From NCBI GenBank assembly GCA_029261035.1, contig JAJDCD010000006.1, positions 1,086 through 65,085 of the forward strand: 64,000 nt of DNA. Direction: 5' to 3'. Numbering within the stretch: position 1 is the stretch's first letter; each line of letters opens with the position of its first letter. This document shows positions 1 to 11,270 of this stretch, piece by piece. A program made the translations under genes and the position numbers. The stretch comes from Candidatus Omnitrophota bacterium. GTDB lineage: Bacteria > Omnitrophota > Omnitrophia > Omnitrophales > JACROU01. Below the pieces are notes generated by a model. It saw only the letters and a list, made by a program, of their open reading frames with translations, was not told where the DNA came from and did not search any database.

Positions 1-297
1 GTATTACAAGTGGATATAGAAAATAATTTACTAATCGTAAAAGGGCAAGTTCCTGGTGTTGAGGGCGGTTTTGTTAGTGTGAATAATTCCGTTAAAAAAG
101 GAAATCAGGATAAGGTCTGGAAATTATACGAAGAACCTAAGGTTGAAGAAGTTGTTGAAGTTAAAGAAGAAGTTCAGGAGACCTCTAAGGAAGATCTGAA
201 ACAAGAACATGTAAAAACAAAAGTTGAAGAACAAAAAGAGGAAGCTCCAGTAGAAAATTTAGAAAAAGAGACTAAAGAAGAAAAAGGCGATAAGTAA
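1..297 (+). CDS. rplC: 50S ribosomal protein L3, C-terminal part (5' truncated by window), with long acidic tail
   Basis: Frame open from base 1: VLQVDIENNLLIVKGQVPG matches the uL3 C-terminus; directly upstream of rplD. Confidence 0.9.
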   Translation, partial: VLQVDIENNLLIVKGQVPGVEGGFVSVNNSVKKGNQDKVWKLYEEPKVEEVVEVKEEVQETSKEDLKQEHVKTKVEEQKEEAPVENLEKETKEEKGDK

Positions 298-299
298 AA

Positions 300-971
300 A
301 TGGCACAAGAATTAATTGTAATTACACAAGATGGTAAGGAGTCGGGGAAGGTTGATGTGAACCCTGAAGTTTTTGCTTCAAGGATTAATCAGAGACTCAT
401 AGAGTTAGTGCTTAATGCTTATGCTGGAAATCAAAGAAAAGGTTTAGCGGATACAAAGACACGTCGTGAGGTTAGGGGTGGTGGAAAAAAACCTTGGAGA
501 CAAAAAGGAACGGGAAATGCTAGGCAAGGTTCTATTCGTTCTCCTCAGTGGAGAGGTGGTGGCACTGTATTTGGTCCAACCCCAAGAAGTTATAGAACTG
601 AATTGCCTAAATCTATGAAACGAAAAGCTCTTGTAGCTGCTCTAAGTTTAAAAGCTAAACAAGAAACCATTCAAGTGATTGAATCTTTGAAGTTGAAAAA
701 TCCAAAAACTAAAGAATTGGCTCAGATTATTGAAAATATAAAGCTGGAAAATAAAAAAGTTTTATTTGTCGGAACGAAGCTTGGTGACGAAATTAAAAGA
801 GCTTCAAAGAATATGAGAAAGCGTTTCAAAATTGAAGAAGTTGAAAACGTAAACGCATATGATATTTTGAGAAAACAACATATTATTATTGAAAAAGATG
901 CTTTGGCTGCTTTGGAAAAAAGAGCTCTTGCCACAGGTCGTAATGATAAGGCTAGGAAAGAGAAAGTATAA
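300..971 (+). CDS. rplD: 50S ribosomal protein L4
   Basis: TKTRREVRGGGKKPWRQKGTGNARQGSIRSPQWRGGG motif. Confidence 0.98.
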   Translation: MAQELIVITQDGKESGKVDVNPEVFASRINQRLIELVLNAYAGNQRKGLADTKTRREVRGGGKKPWRQKGTGNARQGSIRSPQWRGGGTVFGPTPRSYRTELPKSMKRKALVAALSLKAKQETIQVIESLKLKNPKTKELAQIIENIKLENKKVLFVGTKLGDEIKRASKNMRKRFKIEEVENVNAYDILRKQHIIIEKDALAALEKRALATGRNDKARKEKV

Positions 972-1252
972 TGAAGACCATATATGATGTTATTGTAGAG
1001 CCGTTGATGACAGAAAAAGGTGCTGTTCAAAAAGAACAAGATAAATATTTGTTCAAGGTTGATCGTAAGGCAACGAAAAATGAAATTTCAACTGCGATTC
1101 AAAAGATTTTTAATGTGCATGTGATTAAAGTTCATACAATGAACGTTCGTGGTCGTTTGAAGAGAGTTCGTTATCAACCTGGTTTTACTGCAAGTTGGAA
1201 AAAAGCAATTGTGACTCTTAAAAAGGGTGAAAGTTTAGATTTAACAGCTTAA
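971..1252 (+). CDS. rplW: 50S ribosomal protein L23
   Basis: PLMTEK...WKKAIVTL; operon position. Confidence 0.97.
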   Translation: MKTIYDVIVEPLMTEKGAVQKEQDKYLFKVDRKATKNEISTAIQKIFNVHVIKVHTMNVRGRLKRVRYQPGFTASWKKAIVTLKKGESLDLTA

Positions 1253-1266
1253 TTAAGGAAGATAAT

Positions 1267-2094
1267 ATGGGAATTAAAAAATTTAGACCAGTTACATCAA
1301 CAACACGTTTTAAAACAGCTTTTGACTTTGCTGAAATTACGACGGATAAGCCATATAAACCCCTTACTGTGATTAGGAAAAAAACAGGTGGGCGTAATTC
1401 GAATGGACGAATTACGACGAGGCATAGAGGTGGTGGACATAAGCAACGTATTCGAATTATTGATTTTTATAGAAAAAGGCATGGTGAAGAAGCTAATGTT
1501 CTTACTATTGAGTATGATCCCATTAGAACGGGTCGTATTGCTTTGATAGAATACAAAGATGGGACTAAGAATTATATGCTAGCTCCAGACAAATTAAAAG
1601 TTGGTGATAAGGTTATGAGTGGTGAGATGGCCGAAATTAAAGTCGGTAACCATTTACCTCTTAAAAACATACCTTCTGGAACTCCTGTGCATAATATTGA
1701 ATTGTTAAGCGGTCAAGGGGCAAAATTGGTTCGTTCGGCGGGTGGTGTTGCTCAAATTCTTTCTAAAGAAGAAAAGACAGTTAATATTAAGCTTCCTTCT
1801 GGTGAAGTTAGAATGTTTCCTTTTAATGCCTATGCTACTGTTGGTCAAGTTTCAAATATTGAAAATGAAAAGTTGATTTTAGGAAAAGCTGGAAGAAAAA
1901 GATGGTTGGGTGTAAGACCTACCGTCCGTGGTGTTGCAATGAACCCTGTTGACCATCCGTTGGGTGGTGGTGAAGGTAGAACTTCTGGTGGTCGTCATCC
2001 ATGTTCTCCTTGGGGGCAAAAAGCAAAAGGCTTGAAAACGCGCAAGAAAAATAAAATGACTAACAAGTATGTTGTGAAAGACCGGAGAAAATAA
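1267..2094 (+). CDS. rplB: 50S ribosomal protein L2
   Basis: [19 protein letters not shown]; [21 protein letters not shown]. Confidence 0.99.
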   Translation: MGIKKFRPVTSTTRFKTAFDFAEITTDKPYKPLTVIRKKTGGRNSNGRITTRHRGGGHKQRIRIIDFYRKRHGEEANVLTIEYDPIRTGRIALIEYKDGTKNYMLAPDKLKVGDKVMSGEMAEIKVGNHLPLKNIPSGTPVHNIELLSGQGAKLVRSAGGVAQILSKEEKTVNIKLPSGEVRMFPFNAYATVGQVSNIENEKLILGKAGRKRWLGVRPTVRGVAMNPVDHPLGGGEGRTSGGRHPCSPWGQKAKGLKTRKKNKMTNKYVVKDRRK

Positions 2095-2096
2095 TA

Positions 2097-2369
2097 ATGT
2101 CTCGATCAAGTAAAAAAGGACCCTATGTTGACGACCGTTTGTTAGAAAAGGTCCAAAAAGCAGAAAAGACAGGCGATAGAAAACCGATCAAAACATGGAG
2201 TCGTAAATGTGCAATTAGTCCTGAATTTATAGGTTTAACATTTGCTGTTCATAATGGAAAAGATTTTATTAGCGTATTTGTTTCTGAAAATATGGTTGGC
2301 CATAAATTAGGTGAATTTGCACCAACTCGTATCTTTCGTAAGCATGCAGGTACAGACAAGAAAAAGTAA
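2097..2369 (+). CDS. rpsS: 30S ribosomal protein S19
   Basis: [12 protein letters not shown]...[13 protein letters not shown]. Confidence 0.99.
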   Translation: MSRSSKKGPYVDDRLLEKVQKAEKTGDRKPIKTWSRKCAISPEFIGLTFAVHNGKDFISVFVSENMVGHKLGEFAPTRIFRKHAGTDKKK

Positions 2370-2383
2370 TCGGATAGGAAAGA

Positions 2384-2827
2384 ATGATGAAGACTAAAGT
2401 TTCGGTTAAATATTTAAGAATTTCTCCAAGAAAAGCAAGGCTTGTTCTGAATGCAATTAAAGGCAAGTCTGTGAATGATGCTTTTGATCACTTGCGTTTT
2501 CTAAATAAGAAAGCAGCTCGTTTCACTGAGAGATTGCTAAAATCTGCTGTAGCAAGCGCTGTGGGTAAGAAGATGGATGAGCAGAGATTATATGTAGATG
2601 AAGTTAGATCTGATGGTGGCCCTATATTTAAAAGAATTATGACTCGTTCTATGGGGCGAGCAGACCGTATTAATAAAAGAACAGCGCATTTAACTTTGGT
2701 TTTAGGTGAAAAAGAATTAACAAAAAAAGAGATTAGAGAACAATCTATTGCGGCAACAGAAGAAAAGCCTAAAAAAGGTATGTTTAAGAAAAAAAATAAA
2801 GAGACTAAAGAAGCTGCAAAAAAATAG
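2384..2827 (+). CDS. rplV: 50S ribosomal protein L22 with Lys/Glu-rich C-terminal extension
   Basis: LRISPRKARLV...GRADRINKRTAHLT. Confidence 0.97.
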   Translation: MMKTKVSVKYLRISPRKARLVLNAIKGKSVNDAFDHLRFLNKKAARFTERLLKSAVASAVGKKMDEQRLYVDEVRSDGGPIFKRIMTRSMGRADRINKRTAHLTLVLGEKELTKKEIREQSIAATEEKPKKGMFKKKNKETKEAAKK

Positions 2828-2839
2828 AGGAGTTTAATT

Positions 2840-3676
2840 TTGGGACAGAAAGCACATCCTTACGGATTGAGATTAGGATATATTAGAACCTGGAAAAGTA
2901 AATGGTATGCAAGGAAAGAATATGTGCAGTTTCTTCATGAAGATATTGCTATTAGAAAATATATTAAAAAAACTCTTAGCTTTGCAGGTATTTCTAGTAT
3001 TGAAGTGGAACGTTTTTCTGGAAAAGTTAGAGTTCGTATCTTTACAGCTAGACCAGGAATTATTATTGGAAGAAGAGGGCAGGAAATAGATAGAATTAAG
3101 GACAGTCTTTCAAAAATAACTCCTGATGAAATTATTATAGATATAAAAGAGGTGAAGATCCCTCAAGTTAATGCTCAGCTTGTTGCTGAAAATGTAGCTT
3201 TACAATTGGAAAAAAGAGTCGCGTTTAGGCGTGCAATGAAAAAAGCAATCAGTGCTGCGATGATGAAAGGTGCTGGTGGGATAAAGATTATGTGTGGCGG
3301 ACGTTTGGGTGGTACTGAAATTGCGCGTACAGAAAGTTATAAAGAAGGCAAAGTTCCTTTGAGTACTTTTCGTGCAGATGTTGAATATGGATGTATTGAA
3401 GCGAATACCACTTATGGAAAAATTGGTGTTAAGTGTTGGATTTATAAAGGGGAAGTCTTGGTTAAAAAAGAAGAGGCTGAAGAAGCTAAAGAAAGAGAAG
3501 CACGTTTCAAAAAAAGAGTTAAAAAAGAATTTAAACCAAAGAGTGAAAGTAAAGAACCTTCTGAATCTGGAGTGGTTGCTGCGGTAGCGACGGTAAAGAG
3601 TGATGTGGTAAGTGAGCCGGTTATTGAAAAAAAAGATTTAAAAACTGATAAAGCAACAGAAGATAAGGGTAAATAG
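2840..3676 (+). CDS. rpsC: 30S ribosomal protein S3 (TTG start) with long charged C-terminal tail
   Basis: [12 protein letters not shown]...[11 protein letters not shown]...[10 protein letters not shown]. Confidence 0.98.
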   Translation: MGQKAHPYGLRLGYIRTWKSKWYARKEYVQFLHEDIAIRKYIKKTLSFAGISSIEVERFSGKVRVRIFTARPGIIIGRRGQEIDRIKDSLSKITPDEIIIDIKEVKIPQVNAQLVAENVALQLEKRVAFRRAMKKAISAAMMKGAGGIKIMCGGRLGGTEIARTESYKEGKVPLSTFRADVEYGCIEANTTYGKIGVKCWIYKGEVLVKKEEAEEAKEREARFKKRVKKEFKPKSESKEPSESGVVAAVATVKSDVVSEPVIEKKDLKTDKATEDKGK

Positions 3677-3678
3677 CA

Positions 3679-4104
3679 ATGCCATTGATGCCTAAAAGAG
3701 TTAAATTTCGTAAAAGTCACAGAGGTCGCCGTAAGGGGAATGCAACTAAGGGCAATTTCCTAGCCTTTGGTGAGTATGGTTTAAAAGTACTTGGACGTGG
3801 ATGGCTTACTTCAATTCAAATTGAAGCTGCTCGTGTTGCCCTAACAAGACACATTAAAAGAGGTGGTAAAGTTTGGATTCGTGTATTCCCAGACAAGCCT
3901 TATACAAAAAAGCCTGCTGAAACACGTATGGGTAAGGGTAAAGGTGCTGTGGAGCACTATGTTGCTGTTGTTAAGCCAGGACAGATTATATTTGAAATGG
4001 ATGGTGTGCCTTCATCTCTAGCTAGATCAGCTTTGAGACTGTGTGCTTTTAAAATTCCATTTAGAACGAAATTTATTAGTCGTCATGCGTCAGAGAAAGA
4101 GTAG
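3679..4104 (+). CDS. rplP: 50S ribosomal protein L16
   Basis: PKRVKFRK...[12 protein letters not shown]. Confidence 0.98.
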   Translation: MPLMPKRVKFRKSHRGRRKGNATKGNFLAFGEYGLKVLGRGWLTSIQIEAARVALTRHIKRGGKVWIRVFPDKPYTKKPAETRMGKGKGAVEHYVAVVKPGQIIFEMDGVPSSLARSALRLCAFKIPFRTKFISRHASEKE

Positions 4105-4113
4105 GAATTTAAT

Positions 4114-4311
4114 ATGAAAATGGAAGAAATTAAAGATCTATCTAAAGACGAAATTGAAGCAAAGATATTTGGATTAAAAAAAGAATTGTTTCAATTAAGA
4201 GTGGAAGCTAAGAATCAAAAGTTGGAACAGTTTCATAGGATGAAAGTAGTTAAAAAAAATATTGCAAGATTAATGACGCAAAATACAATTGCTAAAAAAA
4301 CAACGAAGTAG
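4114..4311 (+). CDS. rpmC: 50S ribosomal protein L29
   Basis: LKKELFQLR...KKNIARLMT; position. Confidence 0.95.
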   Translation: MKMEEIKDLSKDEIEAKIFGLKKELFQLRVEAKNQKLEQFHRMKVVKKNIARLMTQNTIAKKTTK

Positions 4312-4320
4312 AGAGAGATT

Positions 4321-4641
4321 ATGTCTGATACTGAAGAAAAAAAAGAAGAAAAAAAAGAAATACCAGCACAAAGAGAAGCTGAGAAATTAGTTGAAGATAA
4401 AAAAAGGTATGCAAAAACCCGTGTGGGGATGGTTGTTTCTGACAAGATGACAAAAACGGTTGTTGTTGAAGTTATGAGATTGATGCAGCACCCTCGTTTC
4501 AAGAAGTATATTAAGAGACATAAGAAGTATAAAGCTCATGACGAAAAGGGAGTTGCTAAGGTAGGCGATAAAGTTATGATTCGTGAAACCAAACCTCTTT
4601 CTAAAACAAAACGGTGGACTGTAGCTGAGGTATTAAAGTAA
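4321..4641 (+). CDS. rpsQ: 30S ribosomal protein S17 with charged N-terminal extension
   Basis: [14 protein letters not shown]...AHDE...[11 protein letters not shown]. Confidence 0.97.
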   Translation: MSDTEEKKEEKKEIPAQREAEKLVEDKKRYAKTRVGMVVSDKMTKTVVVEVMRLMQHPRFKKYIKRHKKYKAHDEKGVAKVGDKVMIRETKPLSKTKRWTVAEVLK

Positions 4642-5009
4642 TGATTCAAATGCAAAGTGTAGTAGAGATTGCTGATAATAGCGGGGCTAAAAAAGCAGCC
4701 ATGATTGGTGTTATTGGTCGGCAGAATAAACGAACTGCAGGTATTGGAGATATTATTACTGCAAGCGTAAAAGAAGCGATCCCAAAAGGAAATGTTAAAA
4801 AGGGTGAAGTAGTTAAAGCGGTTGTGGTAAGAACAAGAAGTAGAGTAAAGAGAAAAGATGGAACTGTAGTACGTTTTAATTCAAATGCAATCGTAATTAT
4901 TGATGCTAACAAAAACCCAAGAGGAACGCGTATTTTTGGGCCCGTTGCACGTGAATTAAGAGATAAAGATTTTGGTAAAATTATTTCATTAGCCCCAGAG
5001 GTTGTTTAG
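4641..5009 (+). CDS. rplN: 50S ribosomal protein L14
   Basis: ADNSGAK...[15 protein letters not shown]...IISLAPEV. Confidence 0.99.
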   Translation: MIQMQSVVEIADNSGAKKAAMIGVIGRQNKRTAGIGDIITASVKEAIPKGNVKKGEVVKAVVVRTRSRVKRKDGTVVRFNSNAIVIIDANKNPRGTRIFGPVARELRDKDFGKIISLAPEVV

Positions 5010-5011
5010 TT

Positions 5012-5320
5012 ATGAAGTTAAAGAAAAATGATAGCGTAAAAGTGATTGCAGGAAAAGACAAGGGTAAGAATGGTAAGATTTTCAGAGTTTACCCAAAGAC
5101 TCAGCGCGTTTTAGTTGAAGGAATAAATTTAGTGTCTAAAAACCAGAGACCAACTCAGGAAAACCCTAAGGGTGGGATTATTCATAAAGAGTCACCAATT
5201 CATGTGTCTAACTTGATGCTTATTGATCCGTCAACATCAAAGCCTACACGCGTTGGTTATTCCTTTTTGTCAGATGGATCCAAAAAGAGAATAAGTAAGA
5301 AGTCCCAGGAGCTATTGTAA
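5012..5320 (+). CDS. rplX: 50S ribosomal protein L24
   Basis: KOW motif [13 protein letters not shown]; ESPIHVSNL. Confidence 0.97.
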   Translation: MKLKKNDSVKVIAGKDKGKNGKIFRVYPKTQRVLVEGINLVSKNQRPTQENPKGGIIHKESPIHVSNLMLIDPSTSKPTRVGYSFLSDGSKKRISKKSQELL

Positions 5321-5321
5321 G

Positions 5322-5888
5322 ATGAGCGAAAAATATATACCAAGACTACAAAAATATTATGAGAGCGATGTTATTAATAAATTAAAAGAAGAGTTTTCCT
5401 TTTCTAATAGAATGTCCGTGCCTAAGCTAGAAAAAATTGTCATCAATATGGGAATCAAAGAGGGTACTACGGATATTAAAGTTATTGAACAGGCAAAAGT
5501 AGAGTTGTTAGCAATTGCGGGGCAAAGTCCTGTTATTACTCGAGCAAAAAAGTCAGTAGCAGCTTTTAAGTTAAGAGAAGGAATGCCTGTTGGGCTTAAA
5601 GTTACCCTTAGAAAACAAAGAATGTACGAGTTCCTAGAAAGATTGATTTGCATAGCGATGCCTCGTATTAGAGATTTTAGAGGAGCTTCAACAAAATCAT
5701 TTGATAATAGTGGGAATTATTCTATGGGATTAAGTGAACAGATTGTTTTTCCTGAAGTTGAATTTGATAGAGTTAAAAGAGTTCAAGGAATGGATATTAC
5801 AATTGTTACAACAGCCTCTGAGAGAAATCAGTCTTTTAAGCTACTTGAGTATATGGGGTTTCCATTTAGAAAGGCACAAAATGGCTAA
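5322..5888 (+). CDS. rplE: 50S ribosomal protein L5
   Basis: [12 protein letters not shown]...[10 protein letters not shown]...PRIRDFRG. Confidence 0.98.
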   Translation: MSEKYIPRLQKYYESDVINKLKEEFSFSNRMSVPKLEKIVINMGIKEGTTDIKVIEQAKVELLAIAGQSPVITRAKKSVAAFKLREGMPVGLKVTLRKQRMYEFLERLICIAMPRIRDFRGASTKSFDNSGNYSMGLSEQIVFPEVEFDRVKRVQGMDITIVTTASERNQSFKLLEYMGFPFRKAQNG

Positions 5889-6066
5889 AAAGTGTTTAGT
5901 TGTAAAACAAAAGAGAGTACAGAAGTATCCTGTTAGAGAATATAATCGTTGTAAACAATGTGGAAGACCAAGGTCTTTTTTAAGACGTTTTGCATTATGT
6001 CGTATTTGCTTTAGAGAACTAGCGAACGCGGGAATTATTCCAGGCGTTACAAAATCAAGTTGGTAG
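5881..6066 (+). CDS. rpsN: 30S ribosomal protein S14, short zinc-binding type (61 aa)
   Basis: True start is ATG 5881 inside the 5734..6066 ORF: MAKKCL...RCKQCGRPR...[10 protein letters not shown]...IPGVTKSSW. Confidence 0.96.
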   Translation: MAKKCLVVKQKRVQKYPVREYNRCKQCGRPRSFLRRFALCRICFRELANAGIIPGVTKSSW

Positions 6067-6076
6067 GGAGTTATAT

Positions 6077-6472
6077 ATGTCTGTATCAGATCCAGTAGCT
6101 GATTTTATCACCGTAATAAGAAATGCTTCAAAAGCAAAAAAAAGTAAAGTGATGACTAAGTCGTCTAAACTTTTAAATAGCGTATGTGAAATTTTGAAGA
6201 CAGAGAATTACATAGAAAATTATAAGCCAGTAGATGAAGGTAATAAGAAATTCGTTCGAATTCATTTGAAGTATAACGGGGAAGAGGCGGCTATACATCA
6301 CATCAGCAAAGTTTCTAAGCCTGGCCTAAGAAGTTATATACCTTGTAAAGATATCCCGGTTGTTTTAGGTGGTTTAGGGATGTCTATTCTTTCTACGTCC
6401 AAAGGTATTGTTTCTGGAAAAACTGCCAGAAAAAGTAAGGTGGGCGGAGAATTGTTAATCAAAGTTTGGTAA
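6077..6472 (+). CDS. rpsH: 30S ribosomal protein S8
   Basis: DPVADFITVIRNA...SKPGLR...GLGMSILSTSKG...GGEL. Confidence 0.98.
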   Translation: MSVSDPVADFITVIRNASKAKKSKVMTKSSKLLNSVCEILKTENYIENYKPVDEGNKKFVRIHLKYNGEEAAIHHISKVSKPGLRSYIPCKDIPVVLGGLGMSILSTSKGIVSGKTARKSKVGGELLIKVW

Positions 6473-6490
6473 GGAAAGAGGAAATTAAGT

Positions 6491-7027
6491 ATGTCTAGAG
6501 TTGGAAAAGAACCTATATTAATCCCTAGTGGCGTTAAATTGCAATTGAATGGTAATGCCTTAAATATTGAGGGTCCAAAGGGGAAGAAAGAAATGAAGAT
6601 ACATCACCGTATTAAAGTGAGTGTTTCTGATAAAGAAGTTCTTGTTGAGCGCTCAACGAACAACAAGTTGGACCGTTCTCTTCATGGAACGACGCGTTCT
6701 AACATTAACAATCACATTATAGGTGTTACAGAGGGATTTAAAAAAGAATTAGAAATTCAAGGAGTTGGATTTAAAGCGCAATCTAAGGGAAAGACAGTAA
6801 ATTTGGCATTAGGGTTTTCGCATCCTGTCGATTTTCCAGTTCCTGAAGGTATAGAGGTTAAAACGCCTAAACCAACAATAATAGAAGTGACAGGTTTTGA
6901 TAAGTATCTTGTGGGGCAAGTTGCTTCGGACTTAAGAAGATTGTACCCGCCAGAACCTTATAAAGGAAAAGGTGTTCGTTATAAGGGCGAAGTTATTAAG
7001 AGAAAACAAGGAAAGTCTGTAGGATAA
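6491..7027 (+). CDS. rplF: 50S ribosomal protein L6
   Basis: MSRVGKEPI...LGFSHPV...PPEPYKGKGVRY. Confidence 0.98.
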   Translation: MSRVGKEPILIPSGVKLQLNGNALNIEGPKGKKEMKIHHRIKVSVSDKEVLVERSTNNKLDRSLHGTTRSNINNHIIGVTEGFKKELEIQGVGFKAQSKGKTVNLALGFSHPVDFPVPEGIEVKTPKPTIIEVTGFDKYLVGQVASDLRRLYPPEPYKGKGVRYKGEVIKRKQGKSVG

Positions 7028-7031
7028 GCAT

Positions 7032-7403
7032 ATGCCTAAAAAATTAAAAAAAATATATACAACAAAAAAGAAAAGACAGCTGCGTATTAGAAAAAAACTC
7101 AGCGGGACTCCAGAAAAACCAAGGTTAAGTGTTTTTCGTTCTGCGAAAAATATGTCAATTCAAATAATTGATGATGTGAACCAAAAGACATTAATGTCTT
7201 TTTCCACATTGAGTAAAGATTTTCAGTCTAAGGGAAAAACGAGTGGGAATGTAGCGGAAGCAACTCAGCTTGCGGAGTTTTATGGCCCTAAAATAATTGA
7301 AAAGGGCATAAAACAAATTTCCTTTGATCGTAGTGGCTATATTTATCATGGCAGAATCAAGGCGTTAGCTGATACCTTAAGAAAAGCTGGCCTTCAATTT
7401 TAA
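7032..7403 (+). CDS. rplR: 50S ribosomal protein L18
   Basis: PRLSVFRS...[17 protein letters not shown]. Confidence 0.97.
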   Translation: MPKKLKKIYTTKKKRQLRIRKKLSGTPEKPRLSVFRSAKNMSIQIIDDVNQKTLMSFSTLSKDFQSKGKTSGNVAEATQLAEFYGPKIIEKGIKQISFDRSGYIYHGRIKALADTLRKAGLQF

Positions 7404-7431
7404 TCGAATAATAGAAAAAAGAGAAAGATTT

Positions 7432-8016
7432 ATGGTAAAAGAAAAAAAAGAAAACCCAACTAAAGCAGATGAGATTAAAAAAGAAGTAGTAAAAGAAGGA
7501 AAGCAGGTTGTTGCTACAGTAAAAGAAGATCGTAAGCTTGCGGCAACTCCTCTTGAGCAAGACTTTTACGAAAAAGTAATTACGGTTAACCGTTGTTCTA
7601 AAGTAGTTAAGGGTGGTAAAAGGTTTTCCTTTTCGGCTCTTGTTGTTGTTGGAAATGGGCAAGGTGAGGTTGGATACGCTATTGGAAAAGCAAAAGAAGT
7701 TGCGGAAGCTATCCGTAAAGGGAATCAGAAAGCAAAAAAAAATATATTCAGAGTTAGACTTAAAGGGACAACGATTCCTCACGAAGTTTTGGGGCATTAC
7801 GGTGCTGGAAAAGTTATGTTGAAGCCAGCCTCTCCAGGTACTGGAATTATTGCTGGTGGAGCAGTTCGGGCGGTATGTCAAGCGTTGGGTGTTAAAGACA
7901 TTTTAACCAAATGCCTTGGAACTAATAATCCAATTAATGTTGTGAAAGCTACTGCTAAAGGATTTCAAGATTTGATTTATAGCGACCAAACAAATGGGTC
8001 GTCAGAGAAAGGTTAA
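7432..8016 (+). CDS. rpsE: 30S ribosomal protein S5 with N-terminal extension
   Basis: [23 protein letters not shown]...[12 protein letters not shown]. Confidence 0.98.
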   Translation: MVKEKKENPTKADEIKKEVVKEGKQVVATVKEDRKLAATPLEQDFYEKVITVNRCSKVVKGGKRFSFSALVVVGNGQGEVGYAIGKAKEVAEAIRKGNQKAKKNIFRVRLKGTTIPHEVLGHYGAGKVMLKPASPGTGIIAGGAVRAVCQALGVKDILTKCLGTNNPINVVKATAKGFQDLIYSDQTNGSSEKG

Positions 8017-8476
8017 GAATAGTCTAATGATCGCTAAGAAACCATATAAAAAGAAACGTAAAAGATTAGGTCGTGGAGCAGGTTCTGGAACTGGGAAAAC
8101 TTCTGGTAAAGGGCACAAAGGGCAGTTGTCACGTTCGGGTAATGGAAAAGGAAAGAATCCTGGTTTTGAAGGAGGTCAATTTCCATTGTATCGTCGCGTG
8201 CCTAAACGAGGATTTATCTCTCCATTTAAGAAAGATTTCGCTATTCTTAATTTAAGTGATTTGGAAAGAATGACTGAGACGGAAATAGATCCGAAAAAAG
8301 CAATTGATATTCGATTAATTAGTCGCTTGAAAGATGGTTTGAAAATATTGGGAAAAGGTAAAATTAATAAAGCAGTTCAAGTGAAAGCTCATGCTTTTAG
8401 TGCCAGCGCAAAAGAAGGAATAGAAAAAGCTGGGGGTAAGGCGTTATTGATTACTGAAACTAAAGAAACGGCATAA
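7994..8476 (+). CDS. rplO: 50S ribosomal protein L15 (alternative start ATG 8027)
   Basis: [22 protein letters not shown]...[18 protein letters not shown]. Confidence 0.97.
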   Translation: MGRQRKVKNSLMIAKKPYKKKRKRLGRGAGSGTGKTSGKGHKGQLSRSGNGKGKNPGFEGGQFPLYRRVPKRGFISPFKKDFAILNLSDLERMTETEIDPKKAIDIRLISRLKDGLKILGKGKINKAVQVKAHAFSASAKEGIEKAGGKALLITETKETA

Positions 8477-8483
8477 GGACGTA

Positions 8484-9839
8484 ATGATACAGGCTCTAGC
8501 GAACTCTTTTAAAATACCCGAACTCAGAAATAAAATATTATTTACTTTGGGCATTATTGTTGTTTATCGTATTGGTGCATTTGTTCCTACACCTGGAATT
8601 GATGGTTATGCGCTCAATCAGTTCTTTCAGAGTATCTCAGGTACTCCTGGGGGAAGGCTCTTTGGCATTATGGGAATGTTTTCTGGGGGAGCACTTCAGA
8701 AAGCTACGATTTTTGCGTTGGGTATTATGCCTTATATTTCGGCATCTATTATTCTTCAGTTGTTAACGGTTGTAATTCCTCATTTGGAAAAGTTAGCAAA
8801 AGAAGGTGGTGATGAAGGAAGAAAGAAGATAATACAGTATACTCGCTATACAACAGTGGGTTTAGCGCTGATACAAACTTTTTTTATAGCTTTGTGGCTG
8901 GAGAATCCTAACGCGTTTCAAGGTACTGTTGTTGTTCCAAATCCAGGATGGGCATTTAGATTGATGACTATTCTGACTTTAACTACAGGGACTGCTTTTA
9001 TTATGTGGTTAGGAGAGCAGATTGACCAATATGGAATAGGAAATGGAATGTCCATGTTGATTACTGTAGGGATTATTGAATCAATCCCGACAGCAATTTG
9101 GCAGACTTTTATTTTGGTTTCTCCATTTGACCCAGCAAGACAACAGTTAGCTTATTGGAAATTAGCAATTATGGTTGCGTTGTTTTTGGGTGTTGTTCTC
9201 GGTGTGATTTCAATTATTCAGGGGCAGAGGCGCATACCTGTTCAATATGCAAAGCAAATTAGAGGGCATAGGGTTTATGGTGGGGGGAGTACTTATCTGC
9301 CTTTAAAAGTAAACCAAGCAGGTGTAATTCCTATTATTTTTGCTCAATCAATTATTTTATTTCCGGCTACTATAGGAGCTTTTATTAGGACCCCTTGGAT
9401 GCAGAATGTGGTTCAAGCGTTGAGCCCAGATAGTTGGATTTATCAAATGCTGTATGCTTTATTTATTATCTTTTTTACTTTTTTCTATACAGCAATAACT
9501 TTTAACCCTATAGAAGTTTCTGCTAATTTACAGAAGTATGGGGGTTTTATTCCAGGCATTAGGCCTGGGAAAAATACGGCTTCATATTTAGATTTTATTA
9601 TGACTCGTATTGCGTTTAGTGGTGCAATGTTTTTAGCCATTATTGCTTTGATTCCGAGTGTGGTATCTTCTCCAAGAGTTATGAATATACCATTTTTGAT
9701 TGCGAGTTTTTTTGGAGGAACAGGACTTTTGATTATTGTAGGTGTTTTATTAGACACGGCTAAGCAGATCGAAAGCCAGTTGTTGACAAGGCATTATGAA
9801 GGTTTCTTTAAAAAGGGAAAGATTAAAGGAAGAAGATGA
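8484..9839 (+). CDS. secY: Preprotein translocase subunit SecY
   Basis: IFALGIMPYISASII; IPGIRPG; FGGTGLLIIVGV; multiple TM segments. Confidence 0.99.
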   Translation: MIQALANSFKIPELRNKILFTLGIIVVYRIGAFVPTPGIDGYALNQFFQSISGTPGGRLFGIMGMFSGGALQKATIFALGIMPYISASIILQLLTVVIPHLEKLAKEGGDEGRKKIIQYTRYTTVGLALIQTFFIALWLENPNAFQGTVVVPNPGWAFRLMTILTLTTGTAFIMWLGEQIDQYGIGNGMSMLITVGIIESIPTAIWQTFILVSPFDPARQQLAYWKLAIMVALFLGVVLGVISIIQGQRRIPVQYAKQIRGHRVYGGGSTYLPLKVNQAGVIPIIFAQSIILFPATIGAFIRTPWMQNVVQALSPDSWIYQMLYALFIIFFTFFYTAITFNPIEVSANLQKYGGFIPGIRPGKNTASYLDFIMTRIAFSGAMFLAIIALIPSVVSSPRVMNIPFLIASFFGGTGLLIIVGVLLDTAKQIESQLLTRHYEGFFKKGKIKGRR

Positions 9840-10504
9840 GATTAGTTTTTTTGGGTCCTCCAGGAGCAGGAAAAGGGACTCATGCAAAAATATTAAGTGA
9901 GCGATATCAAATCCCGCATATATCAACGGGCGATATATTACGATCGAAAATTAAAGATGGTTCCGAAATTGGAAAAAAAGCAAAGCAGTTCATGGAATCA
10001 GGTGGGTTAGTTCCGGACGAAGTAGTGATTGATATGGTTACAGAAAGGCTTCAAGAACCAGATACGAAAAAAGGTTTTTTACTTGATGGCTTTCCAAGAA
10101 CTTTAAATCAAGCAAAAGCGTTTGATTTAGCTCTTTCACAATTAGAAATGAAGTTAGATTCAGTTTTGTATTTCAAAGCATCTCTGGAAACTCTTTTAAT
10201 GAGATTGACGGGTAGAAGAGTCTGTTCTCAGTGTGGAGCGACGTACCATGTTAAAAATCTTCCACCTAAAAAAGAAGGGTTTTGTGATTTCTGTGAAAAT
10301 ACAGAAATTATACAACGTAAAGATGATAACGAAGATACGATAAAGAATCGATTAGATGTGTATGACAAAGATACAGCGCCTCTGATTAATTTTTATAAAT
10401 CTTTAGATGTTTTGAGTGATATGAATGCGGATCTAGATGTTGAAGAGCTGGATATTGATCTAGAAAAAGTTTTAGCACCAATAGTAAATGGCGGCTCTGA
10501 ATGA
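9836..10504 (+). CDS. adk: Adenylate kinase (Cys-containing LID)
   Basis: GPPGAGKGT P-loop; LLDGFPRT; CSQC...CDFC LID. Confidence 0.98.
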   Translation: MRLVFLGPPGAGKGTHAKILSERYQIPHISTGDILRSKIKDGSEIGKKAKQFMESGGLVPDEVVIDMVTERLQEPDTKKGFLLDGFPRTLNQAKAFDLALSQLEMKLDSVLYFKASLETLLMRLTGRRVCSQCGATYHVKNLPPKKEGFCDFCENTEIIQRKDDNEDTIKNRLDVYDKDTAPLINFYKSLDVLSDMNADLDVEELDIDLEKVLAPIVNGGSE

Positions 10505-11259
10505 TATCGTTGAAGTCTGAACGTGAAATAGAAATAATGAGGCAGTCAGCAAACATCTTAAAGAAAGTTTTTATTGAGCTTCTTGGTTTTGTCAAAGAAG
10601 GAATGACAACTTTAGATGTTGATGCTAAAGCAGAAAAAACGATTAGAAGTTTAGGTGGGGAGCCGGCATTTAAGGGATACAGAGATTTTCCAGGAACAAT
10701 ATGTGCGTCAGTTAATGATGAAGTGGTGCATGGGATTCCTTCTAAAAGAGTATTGCAAGAAGGGGATATATTTAGTTTGGATATGGGCGTTAAATATCAA
10801 GGTTACTACAGTGATTCAGCAAGAACATTGCCTATAGGTCAGATATCTGCTGAAGCTAAGAAGTTGATTGAAGTAACTCGTGATTCTGTTTTTGAGGGTG
10901 TGCAGGCAATAAAAAAAGGTAATCGTTTGGGAGATGTATCAAGTCGTATTCAAAAGCATATAGAAAAGCATAAATACGGTGTAGTAAGAGAGTTTGTTGG
11001 ACATGGTATTGGTAAAGAGTTACACGAAGATCCTCAGGTACCTAATTATGGGGAATCGGGAACTGGAATTGAGTTAAAAGAAGGTTTGGTTATAGCAGTA
11101 GAGCCCATGGTTAATTTAGGATCTGCTGCAGTTTGTATTTTGGATGACGGATGGACAGTAGTAACAGAAGATGGTCGCTTATCAGCTCATCATGAAGAAA
11201 TGATAGCTATTACTACTAATGGTCCAGAGGTTTTAACTAGTTTTGAGAGAGATATTTAA
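10501..11259 (+). CDS. map: Methionine aminopeptidase type I
   Basis: [13 protein letters not shown]; GHGIG; EPMVN; SAHHE. Confidence 0.97.
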   Translation: MISLKSEREIEIMRQSANILKKVFIELLGFVKEGMTTLDVDAKAEKTIRSLGGEPAFKGYRDFPGTICASVNDEVVHGIPSKRVLQEGDIFSLDMGVKYQGYYSDSARTLPIGQISAEAKKLIEVTRDSVFEGVQAIKKGNRLGDVSSRIQKHIEKHKYGVVREFVGHGIGKELHEDPQVPNYGESGTGIELKEGLVIAVEPMVNLGSAAVCILDDGWTVVTEDGRLSAHHEEMIAITTNGPEVLTSFERDI

Positions 11260-11270
11260 AGGAGATTTGC

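Noticed and set aside
5734-5880. Apparent 49-aa N-terminal extension of S14
   Set aside because: Lies within rplE; the canonical MAKK start is at 5881
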